A stretch of 64,000 nt of DNA from Pseudomonadales bacterium (GCA_024234615.1 JACKNY010000001.1:1030334-1094333); one strand, 5' to 3'; positions 9,748-18,089 are shown, numbered from the stretch's first letter. Notes: generated by a model from the letters alone, not told the origin. Numbers and translations: made by a program.

Positions 9748-10638
9748 TTAATTGGCGGATTGCTGCAACGCCCTGATCCGATCATCCAGCGGTGGGTGTG
9801 ACATAAACAGGCGCATGAAGCCTTGCTTAATGCCGCCTCCCTTAATACCAAAGGCTACCAACGTATCCGCCATTTGGCTAGGGGCATCGTATTCTGATTT
9901 TAAGCGCGCCAAAGCACCGATCATGGCACCACGCCCAGCAAGCTTTGCACCCGCAGCATCGGCCCGGTATTCGCGCCAACGGGAGAACCACATCACAATC
10001 ATGGATGCTAATAAGCCCAGAACTAGCTCGGCAATGATGGTCGTAATGTAATAACCAATGCCGTGCCCACGTTCAGTTTTAAAGATGACACGATCGACGG
10101 TATGACCAATAATGCGTGAAAAAAACATCACAAAAGTGTTAACGACACCTTGAATTAAGGTTAGTGTGATCATGTCACCATTGGCGACATGGCCGATTTC
10201 GTGTGCCAATACAGCCCTGACCTCTTCTTTATCGAATCGGCTGAGGAGCCCGGTACTAACCGCGACTAGAGCACTGTTTCGATTCCAGCCGGTAGCAAAG
10301 GCATTAGATTGCTCCGATGGAAACACGCCTACTTCTGGCATGCCGATCCCGGATTGCTCCGCTAATCGCTTAACCTCGTTCACCAGCCAGCGCTCGGGTT
10401 CGTTAGCGGGCTGTTCGATAATTTTTACCCCCATCGAACGTTTGGCCATCCACTTGGATATAAAGAGTGAAATTAATGAGCCGCTAACACCAAATATCGC
10501 ACAGAATACCAACAGAGCCTGTAAATCAAGGTCAATACCGTTAGCTGCCATGATGGAGTTAAACCCCAGCAGACTTAAAGTAATATTGGCAACGAATAGA
10601 ATAGCCAAGTTGGTCGCGATGAATAGTAATATGCGCAT
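9748..10638 (-). CDS. htpX: M48 zinc metalloprotease HtpX
   Basis: 296 aa with the N terminus MRILLFIATNLAILF, the zincin motif HEIGHVANGD and the C-terminal SHPPLDDRIRAL. Confidence 0.92.
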   Translation of the reverse strand: MRILLFIATNLAILFVANITLSLLGFNSIMAANGIDLDLQALLVFCAIFGVSGSLISLFISKWMAKRSMGVKIIEQPANEPERWLVNEVKRLAEQSGIGMPEVGVFPSEQSNAFATGWNRNSALVAVSTGLLSRFDKEEVRAVLAHEIGHVANGDMITLTLIQGVVNTFVMFFSRIIGHTVDRVIFKTERGHGIGYYITTIIAELVLGLLASMIVMWFSRWREYRADAAGAKLAGRGAMIGALARLKSEYDAPSQMADTLVAFGIKGGGIKQGFMRLFMSHPPLDDRIRALQQSAN

Positions 10639-10810
10639 AACAGCCCTTTACTCCACAGATAAATGATCAAGCCCTTTGACACAATATGCGGCCAATTCTA
10701 TCCCTTTCAATTGCAGATAGCCTGTAATTACTTTTGTGGCGATAGGGTAACCCGTTGCGAGAGCTGTGCTCTCTTCCCAAATTAGGAAGAGAGTTACAAC
10801 GAGAGATATT

Positions 10811-12037
10811 TTAACGAACAGCGATTTTTCGCACTAACGGCCATTTATCAAAGAAAGTATTAAAAAATAGTAGCGTCATCAATAACGCAAATTGCCCTGC
10901 TAAAATGCCAAGAGGAGAAACGCCCATGCCAAGGTCATTCGAGCCATAAGGAATGAGGGTATAGGTTTTAATCCAGATCACACCATAAATGGTGCCTCCG
11001 ATAAACCAAATTGCAATACGGATCAGCACCCGCGCGGCCTGGTTGGTAATTAATTCGGAGCTAGGATAATCATCAAACAGGTGATGCCAAGCTAACATAA
11101 AGACGATCACCGATAACTCCAAAGACGACACCACCACATCTATAGGTGGTCCTGTTACCAGATTCATTGGTTCAATAATAGCGCGCACGACTGGCGGCAC
11201 CACAAAGCCTGCGGCAACCGCAATTACAAATCCGGCAATACCCATCCAGGGTTGCCTTTTCGCAAAGAAGCGCATTGGGTAAAGCTCTCCACCCTCCACT
11301 GGCATAATGGCGAAAATGACATAAGCCTGGCAGAAGGCGATGAAAGCTGGCCAATTACCAAAAGGTGGAGCAACTATTTCATGATGTCCTAGGCTAAGAT
11401 TCATCCAACTCGGCACGATCATCGCCATCCATACTATCCAAGTGACAGCGATACCCATCGCGAGCACACCATAACCATCCGTAGGGCTTTCTGCTTTCCC
11501 CGCAAAGGGCCATTTTAACAACAGCGAGACCAAGGGGATTTGCGCGATAATGACTGATAGCGCGTAGAAGTTAGAAGTCTCCCATCCTTCAATGGCCAAG
11601 TGAATCTCATCAACCGACTGAGGCGTGAACATGAGCGTCAAGCTAAATGGCTTCCACCAAAGACCCAGCAGGCTAATTAGTACTAAGAAAGCAACTACGC
11701 CCAAAAACCAAGCCAGTAGTGTGTACCAAATACCTGCCCAGGGTTGTTTGTCTGTGAAATAAGTTTTTCCGTAATTGTTCATCACCAGCGTCATCCAAAT
11801 CCAGGTATTAATTACCATCCAGAAAAAAGTCCCCTCGGCTACTACGCTCGTCAACTTGCTTGTTAAATGAGCATCGAGCAAAGTAAGCGTCGGTCCGGCA
11901 ATAGCTAAATACAACTTTTGCATTGCCAACGACCAAATTGGCCAAATCAAATTGGCGGCAACAAAGCTCAAAGCCAACGCCGTAAAACCGGTTGCAAGCT
12001 TGCCTTGGAAAACACGTTTCACATCGTAGTGCTCCAC
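10811..12037 (-). CDS. Polytopic inner-membrane protein of unknown function (Trp-rich, about 10-12 TM)
   Basis: 408 aa ORF with a GTG start preceded by AAAGGAGGTG. Hydrophobic segments run throughout. I recognise no family. Confidence 0.6.
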   Translation of the reverse strand: MEHYDVKRVFQGKLATGFTALALSFVAANLIWPIWSLAMQKLYLAIAGPTLTLLDAHLTSKLTSVVAEGTFFWMVINTWIWMTLVMNNYGKTYFTDKQPWAGIWYTLLAWFLGVVAFLVLISLLGLWWKPFSLTLMFTPQSVDEIHLAIEGWETSNFYALSVIIAQIPLVSLLLKWPFAGKAESPTDGYGVLAMGIAVTWIVWMAMIVPSWMNLSLGHHEIVAPPFGNWPAFIAFCQAYVIFAIMPVEGGELYPMRFFAKRQPWMGIAGFVIAVAAGFVVPPVVRAIIEPMNLVTGPPIDVVVSSLELSVIVFMLAWHHLFDDYPSSELITNQAARVLIRIAIWFIGGTIYGVIWIKTYTLIPYGSNDLGMGVSPLGILAGQFALLMTLLFFNTFFDKWPLVRKIAVR

Positions 12038-12370
12038 TAAACACCTCCTTTAATATTTTTATGATAGGCAGTTTATTCTTTTAAGGTAGGTCAGCACTGA
12101 ATCCCTCCGGGAGCCGCCTCCATGGCTTTTTATGACCAATACGCTGAAAAGGTAATAATGGTTTCTTGTTGGAGACAGCTGTTTAAGAGGATTGGATAAT
12201 ATAATGCATCTTGCTTGTTGTCTATATGCAAAATAATGCATTCAAGGTGAAATAAAATTAACCCGGATTATTGTGTCCGCAGTGGAAGGTTTTGGTCAGG
12301 GCGATAAATAGAAAATGAGGGTGGCGACAAGCGAAGCGAATCAGTAGAATAGCGCCTCATCTACCGCATC

Positions 12371-12447
12371 GCTCCGGTGGCACAGCTGGATAGCGCAGCC
12401 CCCTCCTAAGGGGCAGGTCGCAGGTTCGAATCCTGCCCGGGGCGCCA
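12371..12447 (+). tRNA. tRNA-Arg (anticodon CCT)
   Basis: It folds by hand into a cloverleaf. The acceptor stem is GCTCCGG/CCGGGGC (one G-U pair). The anticodon stem GCCCC/GGGGC carries loop CTCCTAA. The T arm is GCAGG-TTCGAAT-CCTGC, followed by discriminator G and an encoded CCA. Confidence 0.9.
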
Positions 12448-13022
12448 ATTAAATCGAGGTTATACATTTTTTAATTGGGATGTCAGGCAAAAAATTTAAG
12501 TCCCTATTAAATCCATTGATATTTAAACTAACCAAGCTGCAGGAAAACTAGCAGCCTATTTTCCCTGCAGTCTCGTTATGAATTTTTAAACCTAAGTCAA
12601 AGGAAGTGCAATGAAGAATAAATTAGGATAATACTTTGCACAATTGTGGCAACAAGCTGCGCTGCTACTGGAAACAAATCTCTGTGCCATGAAAATAAGG
12701 ACTCAATTACAGAGAAATTTAAAAAGGGTACTACCCATAAAGATGAAGTGGTTTCACGTTAGGCACCCAACCGAAACCACTTTCACCGACGGAGGGTTTG
12801 AAATCATTAAGTATAAGGTGAGTACCGCTCTGGTATAGCTGAATAAACCAAAAATTTATATAAACAAAGGCAGCGGATGCTCATGCTGTCGTTTTGACCT
12901 TTGGAATACTTCGCGGTATGGGTGCCAGCTAGTATGTGTGGACATGCATGTAATCAGTTGGGGAAGTTGCTCCAGTCGGTCGCAAGATGTGGCTATCTCC
13001 ACATCTCTGCCGAAGGAGTTAA

Positions 13023-13358
13023 GTGTTCAATGGAGTCAGTGTGGCTTGGATTTATTTAATACTTGCAGGGCTATTTGAAATAGGTTGGCCTGTAGGCCTA
13101 AAAATGGCTCAAGAAGACGGTACACGCATTACGGGTGTACTCCTAGCAATTGTCTTTATGAGTGCTAGTGGTTTACTTTTGTGGTTGGCGCAGAAAGAAA
13201 TTCCTATTGGGACATCTTACGCAGTTTGGACTGGTATTGGTGCTGCAGGTACGTTCCTGGTTGGTATAATTTTCTATGGTGATCCGACCAGCTTGGCCCG
13301 CTATCTCGGCATAATATTAATCATTACAGGCGTTGCTACATTAAAGCTGGCACACTGA
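13023..13358 (+). CDS. sugE: SMR-family small multidrug resistance protein, SugE/Gdx (guanidinium exporter) type
   Basis: 111 aa with 4 TM segments and AWIYLILAGLFEIGWPVGLK plus IGTSYAVWTGIGAAGT, matching SugE signatures including the membrane Glu. It uses a GTG start 5 nt after GAAGGAG. Confidence 0.85.
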   Translation: MFNGVSVAWIYLILAGLFEIGWPVGLKMAQEDGTRITGVLLAIVFMSASGLLLWLAQKEIPIGTSYAVWTGIGAAGTFLVGIIFYGDPTSLARYLGIILIITGVATLKLAH

Positions 13359-13594
13359 TGTAAAGCGCACACTTAACTTCTGTATGGCCGCCCCTCGTTA
13401 ATAAGCAAAGCAGCGGACTCCACGAACCGTAACACCTTTTGCTTTCGCAAAAAAGCTATGTCGAATTTTTGCGTCCTCTATTTGGGGCATTACTGGTGGG
13501 CCTTCAGATTCTAGGGCAAGGGTTGGTTTAAAGTAAAATGGAGCTAAACGAAAAAATCTGTCTACTATGCGCCTACAATTAAAATTGATTTATA

Positions 13595-13626
13595 TGGTGC
13601 CGGAAGAGGCCGGGGCCGGATTTGAA
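13595..13626. repeat. Degenerate copy of the tRNA-Leu 3' end (candidate distal att site of the island)
   Basis: TGGTGCC-ggaagaggc-CGGGGCCGGA-TTTGAA here compares with TGGTGCC-CGGGGCCGGA-ATCGAA at 21339-21361. The 7-nt and 10-nt blocks are identical, the last 6 nt match 4/6, and this copy has a 9-nt insertion. Confidence 0.5.
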
Positions 13627-13866
13627 AATCACTTCAACTTGTTGAAATAAAAGATAAATATTTAAAATTTCCATTGTTTTGTGCTGACAATTATACCGTC
13701 AAAATAATATTTTAATAATTTTTGGGAATCGAATTGCGTAGTTTTATAACCTTTCGCTTGTGATTTTTATTTATTGAGCTTATGTATGGCAATTGGGGGG
13801 CTGAGTGTCTCAGTTCGGCCATAAGCGGACGTTCTAGTGAAGTTATAAATCAATTCTTTAGCTCTG

Positions 13867-15069
13867 TTAGGACCTACTTTTTACAAATCGTCGAATTGAA
13901 CCACTTTGCTTTTCTTGAATGCGGTGCTGTGCCCAAGGGTGGATGCCCATTATTTCATCGTCTCGGCATATATTTCTATTTATGAGATAATTGACAGCAG
14001 GGTTTATCCGTCTGGGGCTCCAATCAAACTTTTCTGCAATTTCAGTTAGACTTGTTGGAAAACGTTCATCATTTAGAATAGCTGAGGCCATTCTTAGAGC
14101 GTCTTTGTCAGGCTCCCACCCCATAAATGCTTTATCAAACTCCACAAATAACTCATTTTCAGGGATAATACTGTAGTGCTCTTCTTTGAAAAATGGTCTC
14201 AATTCATAAAGCCCATCTTCTATGTCTTTTTGGGTTAGCCCTGTTTCTTGAACTAAATCATCCATCTCAAGCATTGGGTCATGACTGGTTCCTGTTTCTG
14301 ACTTTGAACAAAAAACGTTAGCAATAGCTGTTGCAGCCACACTAAAACCGGTATCTGGCAATTCTTCATCTATAGGTGCTTTCCCTAAGGTGGGCTTTTT
14401 TGAAATTCCATGAATATCGTTTATCAACTGAGATAGGTCGAGTTCTTCAGTGACCTCAGGACTAAAATGTCCCGATAACAGAGCTGGTAATTTTTCGTGA
14501 GAAAGATTAAAACGTAATGGAATAAATTTGCACTTTTTGTCAAGCATGCGCACTAAACCTGCATCCATTTCCTGTTTAACCCAAGGTTTCTGAATAGCTG
14601 TTGGCGATAACAAAACAATAAAATGCGTGCAAGTACCTAACCCGTCATCAATACGCTGACGAAGGCTATCACCGGAAGCAATTTCCCATTCAGCCCACCA
14701 CGTATCGATCCGGTTACTCATAAGTTCATTAGCAATTTTTCCAGCTAGATCATGATCCTCCCAACCAAAACTAAGGAATACTTTTGGTGACAATACTTTT
14801 CTCCTCTCAACAAAATTCACACTTTTAAGCTCTTCTTCAGGTATTTTACTGCGTACGTGCTGAATAAGCTCTTTTGAACCTTCAACTTTCACAGACAAAT
14901 TATTCAAGTCGTTTCCATAAACTACAACCGTTGGGAATTCTTCTGTTTTAGGATGACGAATAGACCGAAGGCGTTCCGCAAACTCAACCTTAGCTATTTG
15001 TGTAACTCTATCTATTATGCTTTTTTGAAAGTCGCCAGCGTTAAATTTCTTACCGTTAAAAGTCAACAT
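13867..15069 (-). CDS. TIR-domain protein (N-terminal unknown domain, TIR, then a C-terminal region with two winged-helix-like segments)
   Basis: 400 aa. Residues about 95-195 read KVFLSFGWEDHDLAGKIANELMSNRIDTWWAEWEIASGDSLRQRIDDGLGTCTHFIVLLSPTAIQKPWVKQEMDAG. These are the bacterial TIR blocks (FxSxxxxD, GDSL, vLLSp...S.WvxxE). The candidate catalytic Glu167 codon is at 14569-14571. Confidence 0.85.
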   Translation of the reverse strand: MLTFNGKKFNAGDFQKSIIDRVTQIAKVEFAERLRSIRHPKTEEFPTVVVYGNDLNNLSVKVEGSKELIQHVRSKIPEEELKSVNFVERRKVLSPKVFLSFGWEDHDLAGKIANELMSNRIDTWWAEWEIASGDSLRQRIDDGLGTCTHFIVLLSPTAIQKPWVKQEMDAGLVRMLDKKCKFIPLRFNLSHEKLPALLSGHFSPEVTEELDLSQLINDIHGISKKPTLGKAPIDEELPDTGFSVAATAIANVFCSKSETGTSHDPMLEMDDLVQETGLTQKDIEDGLYELRPFFKEEHYSIIPENELFVEFDKAFMGWEPDKDALRMASAILNDERFPTSLTEIAEKFDWSPRRINPAVNYLINRNICRDDEIMGIHPWAQHRIQEKQSGSIRRFVKSRS

Positions 15070-15336
15070 AACTCAGTAACCAGCTCCGTAAAATTACCTA
15101 TAAACCGAAAGAAACATGTACTGTTCCATTCACGTTTCTTAAAGAAATATGCCTATCATTTCTTGTTGTTAAAACCTTCTTGATATTCACAGGCTTGTCC
15201 ATGAATGTTCACAATTAACCGATAGCGCTATTTCACTTCACTAAAATCGATCATCCAGAAAGTAGCGAATGCGGTATATAAAACCTTAACAAAAGTCTTT
15301 TTTTGAATACTTCAGTTAACGGCGGGGAGCAGACAT

Positions 15337-16194
15337 TTAATTTTTACTCTGACCCCGAACGATTGACCCCGAACGATTTGACTTGTTAGGCATTTTCTTT
15401 TGTTGCTCTCTCTGTCGCTGCCTTTCTCTTTTAACATAGCTCGCATCAACTAATTCTTCATGATCCAGTTGTAGAGCACAATTCATCACTTCTGAGATCG
15501 AATTATCCGAAAGCTCAAAGTTTTCTGGAATTAAACCAAATTTACGTCCACTATTCTCCTGGAGTGCGGAAAACAGAGCCCGTAGAAAATCTATCTTAGA
15601 TGGCCTGCTCGAAGCAGTTGATGCTTCTGTAAGTGAATCGGTAGCGTAAATATCTGCACTTCCAGCATCCAGACCTACTTCTGCTACTACCTCCTCTATA
15701 CTAGGCCAGTACTTTAGATCAAATTGGTGTTTTATATGACTTAATGGCTTTTTGATGTAGCTACGGTACAAGAAATTATCTTTCGACGCGTTCTCTATAA
15801 CATTAATAATGCTATAGTGGGTGCCACTAGAAAAACCTGAATGATTATGGAGTTCATCACGCCTCTCTAATAGGCCGACTAGCTGTTGTGCTACTTTAGC
15901 AATTTGTCTGTTTACTTCAAATAGTTCTTTCCTTTCAGTTCTGTAAGTGGCTGCTTTTTTCGGATTCCAAAACGCTGCACAAGACAAAACTAACGATAGA
16001 AATACTTCAATTTGTTGCTCGTTAAGTGATTTGGACAATTCGGCATATACATATTTCATGTTTTCCTTGTTATTAAGCAGCCGATCGATGACGCCATTCT
16101 CACTAGGTAAAATGGAATGCGCGATATTATAAGCCATAGATTTGCGAAGGATTTCTTCACATTTTTCTGTTGCTGTGGTTTGGTGTTCAGTCAT
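15337..16194 (-). CDS. Hypothetical helical protein with an Arg/Gln/Lys-rich C-terminal tail (island cargo)
   Basis: A long ORF. The preferred start is the ATG at 16194 (MTEHQTT), preceded by AAGGAGA. The track ORF extends to 16293. The tail reads KRERQRQREQQKKMPNKSNRSGSIVRGQSKN. I recognise no family. Confidence 0.55.
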   Translation of the reverse strand: MTEHQTTATEKCEEILRKSMAYNIAHSILPSENGVIDRLLNNKENMKYVYAELSKSLNEQQIEVFLSLVLSCAAFWNPKKAATYRTERKELFEVNRQIAKVAQQLVGLLERRDELHNHSGFSSGTHYSIINVIENASKDNFLYRSYIKKPLSHIKHQFDLKYWPSIEEVVAEVGLDAGSADIYATDSLTEASTASSRPSKIDFLRALFSALQENSGRKFGLIPENFELSDNSISEVMNCALQLDHEELVDASYVKRERQRQREQQKKMPNKSNRSGSIVRGQSKN

Positions 16195-16369
16195 TGGTAT
16201 TGTTCTCCTTATCGATAAATACCTTTCACACCAACAATTATATTTTCCAGAAATAGCTCTGTCGGTAACTGAAACTAAATTATCTTTACGCAATTCAGGT
16301 ACTTGTCCCTAGAATACCTAACGAGCCGCTAAAGAGCCGTAGTGCAGCAGCTGCACTTTTTGCGGTTTG

Positions 16370-17410
16370 TTATGAACGTTCTTTGCATTCAATCTCCCAA
16401 AATAATGCTCCAACGTCTTTAGATAGTTTTTGAATAATATGCTGCATGACGAGTGAATCAATATTGGGGTAGATTTCTAACAATCCAATTGAAATTTGAG
16501 TTAGAGACAGGGCTGTCAGGTCGGCAGGGTCGGTCATTCCTGAATTGCTTGGGCCGACTAATAGAACCTCCTCCTCTGCTTCAACCAAGCCAAGCTTATT
16601 TTTAATTCCATGCACATTTGCATGAACATTTTGGCTCGGCCATTTATAATAAGGGCGCAAGTGATCAAGCTCGACAGCTTCTTCCAGGCAAGAAAAATTA
16701 GGTCTTTTGTTGTTCAATGCTTCTGCTGCCCACCCATAGCTCTCTTTAAAATCTTTTCCGTACTTATTAAGCGCCTCGTCACGTGCCAATTTGCACTCGC
16801 GCAGCTCTACTTCGGAAAACCTTTCAACATTTAATCTTGGCTCATATTTATTGTACTGGACCATAGCTTTATAAGATTCAATTACTTCATGCTCAAAATA
16901 CCGAATAGCAAGTTCATTCCCATGATCAATTAAAAATAAAGCAGTGACTACCACCTCGTGCAAAGCACGCCATCTCGCATGCGCTGCATCAGCAAAACCG
17001 CCTTTAAGAAGCCAGAGTATTTCCGAAGAGATATGACAAGCCCTGGCATGCAAGCGAACTACTAGATCGAACTGTATGTTCTGCTCTTTGACTGCAAGTT
17101 CTCTATTCGTGTTATTGAATTCACTACCTGCCTCGAGGCATACGGAAATCAATATTTCAATGGCATCAAAACCCTTCTTCCACCTTTCAATATTTCTATC
17201 TACGAAACCATCTGCGTCGTCACGGTTTAACTTTAGTGTCTCTTGAGCATTTTCTTGCAGTGAATCAACAATGCCGTCAGCTATTTCTGGAACAGTGTCG
17301 CGAATCACATCTGAAACAAGGGGATACAATTCCTTTTCTGACAAATCTTTCTTCGCATTCTTGAGTGCATCGTCTAATATCTTCTCAAATATGCTTTGGA
17401 GACTATCCAT
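16370..17410 (-). CDS. Hypothetical all-helical protein, reminiscent of DUF5677-type proteins (island cargo)
   Basis: 346 aa. The central block RLHARACHISSEILWLLKGGFADAAHARWRALHEVVVTALFL resembles what I recall of the DUF5677 core. This assignment is from memory only. Confidence 0.55.
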   Translation of the reverse strand: MDSLQSIFEKILDDALKNAKKDLSEKELYPLVSDVIRDTVPEIADGIVDSLQENAQETLKLNRDDADGFVDRNIERWKKGFDAIEILISVCLEAGSEFNNTNRELAVKEQNIQFDLVVRLHARACHISSEILWLLKGGFADAAHARWRALHEVVVTALFLIDHGNELAIRYFEHEVIESYKAMVQYNKYEPRLNVERFSEVELRECKLARDEALNKYGKDFKESYGWAAEALNNKRPNFSCLEEAVELDHLRPYYKWPSQNVHANVHGIKNKLGLVEAEEEVLLVGPSNSGMTDPADLTALSLTQISIGLLEIYPNIDSLVMQHIIQKLSKDVGALFWEIECKERS

Positions 17411-17473
17411 ACGTCAGCCTAGTTCACGCCGTAGCAAACGGCTGCGTTTTCGCGTGCGTATTTACCTGCATTG

Positions 17474-17842
17474 TTATGAGAAGTTAATAAGATCACCGTA
17501 ACCCCATATAATTGTGCCTATAGCTGCTGCTGTAAAAGATGTTAAAGATAAGGCTGTATGCAACTTGCCATACTTAATTCTCATTGGCCATAGATGCTCA
17601 TCCCATATGCCCGACATATAAATAAGCCCATGAATGGTGAATAGCATATATTCTGATAGGAGGGCAAGAAAGACCATGATAGAGCCACTACGTTGAAGCC
17701 ATGTTGCTATGGTTTCGTTAGCAGGCATTAAAATACCGATATAAGCAAGAGTAGGTATTGCCACTGCGCCCAAAAGAAGCAATCCACAAATTAGCAAAGT
17801 GGTTACAATTTTTCCTTCTTGTGTCGGAACTTCCGTACTCAT
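17474..17842 (-). CDS. Small membrane protein, about 3 TM helices (first gene of the island cargo)
   Basis: 122 aa with hydrophobic stretches IVTTLLICGLLLLGAVAIPTLAYIGILM, SIMVFLALLSEYMLFTIHGLIYM and ALSLTSFTAAAIGTIIWGYG. It is co-oriented with the three downstream cargo genes. Confidence 0.55.
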   Translation of the reverse strand: MSTEVPTQEGKIVTTLLICGLLLLGAVAIPTLAYIGILMPANETIATWLQRSGSIMVFLALLSEYMLFTIHGLIYMSGIWDEHLWPMRIKYGKLHTALSLTSFTAAAIGTIIWGYGDLINFS

Positions 17843-18073
17843 TGTTTAGTACTCATAAAACGTGATAGAACTGGCCCTTGCAGTCAAAAAGCAAAACTTA
17901 GTCTTTGTCTATAAGGTACGGGAGGAGGGGGTTTGGGAAACACTACCAGGTTACCTCCCTATATACCTCGATAATTGAGATCCTATAGTACAAGATCATT
18001 TTAGCATTGACCAACGTGATATGGTTTATAGGTGTTCTGCTACAAGTGTTTGTACGTGCTGTTGAAAAAAGCT

Positions 18074-18089
18074 GTCCACAAGTCCACAA
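18074..18089. repeat. Perfect tandem octamer GTCCACAA-GTCCACAA (with inverted partial copies at 18158-18165 and 18167-18174)
   Basis: Read directly: GTCCACAAGTCCACAA. The sequences TTGTGGAT and CTGTGGTC about 70 nt downstream are reverse-complement relatives, giving four CCACA(A/G) cores within about 100 nt. Confidence 0.6.

Noticed and set aside
12060-12200. A fluoride-riboswitch-like string (…GCCATGGAGGCGGCTCCCGGAGGG…GCTGACCTACC on the minus strand) in the leader of the 408-aa membrane protein gene.
   Set aside because: The conserved AAAC-GCC segment and the pseudoknot complementarity of crcB-motif RNAs are missing, and the downstream gene is not a CrcB/EriC-F type. The resemblance is superficial.
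12644-12838. A 64-aa ORF in the AT-rich spacer after tRNA-Arg.
   Set aside because: It has no Shine-Dalgarno, a TTG-type start and no recognisable motif. It is probably a chance ORF in AT-rich DNA.
12840-13022. An expected guanidine riboswitch (ykkC, mini-ykkC or ykkC-III) upstream of sugE.
   Set aside because: No ACGR tetraloop hairpins, no GGGA/ACGG/CCGAGAG-type ykkC core and no guanidine-III-like pseudoknot string were found by eye. Only a generic 8-bp hairpin is present. A covariance-model scan would be decisive.
13782-13985. A 67-aa + strand ORF at the 3' end of the TIR gene.
   Set aside because: It overlaps the TIR gene antisense and has no supporting signals.
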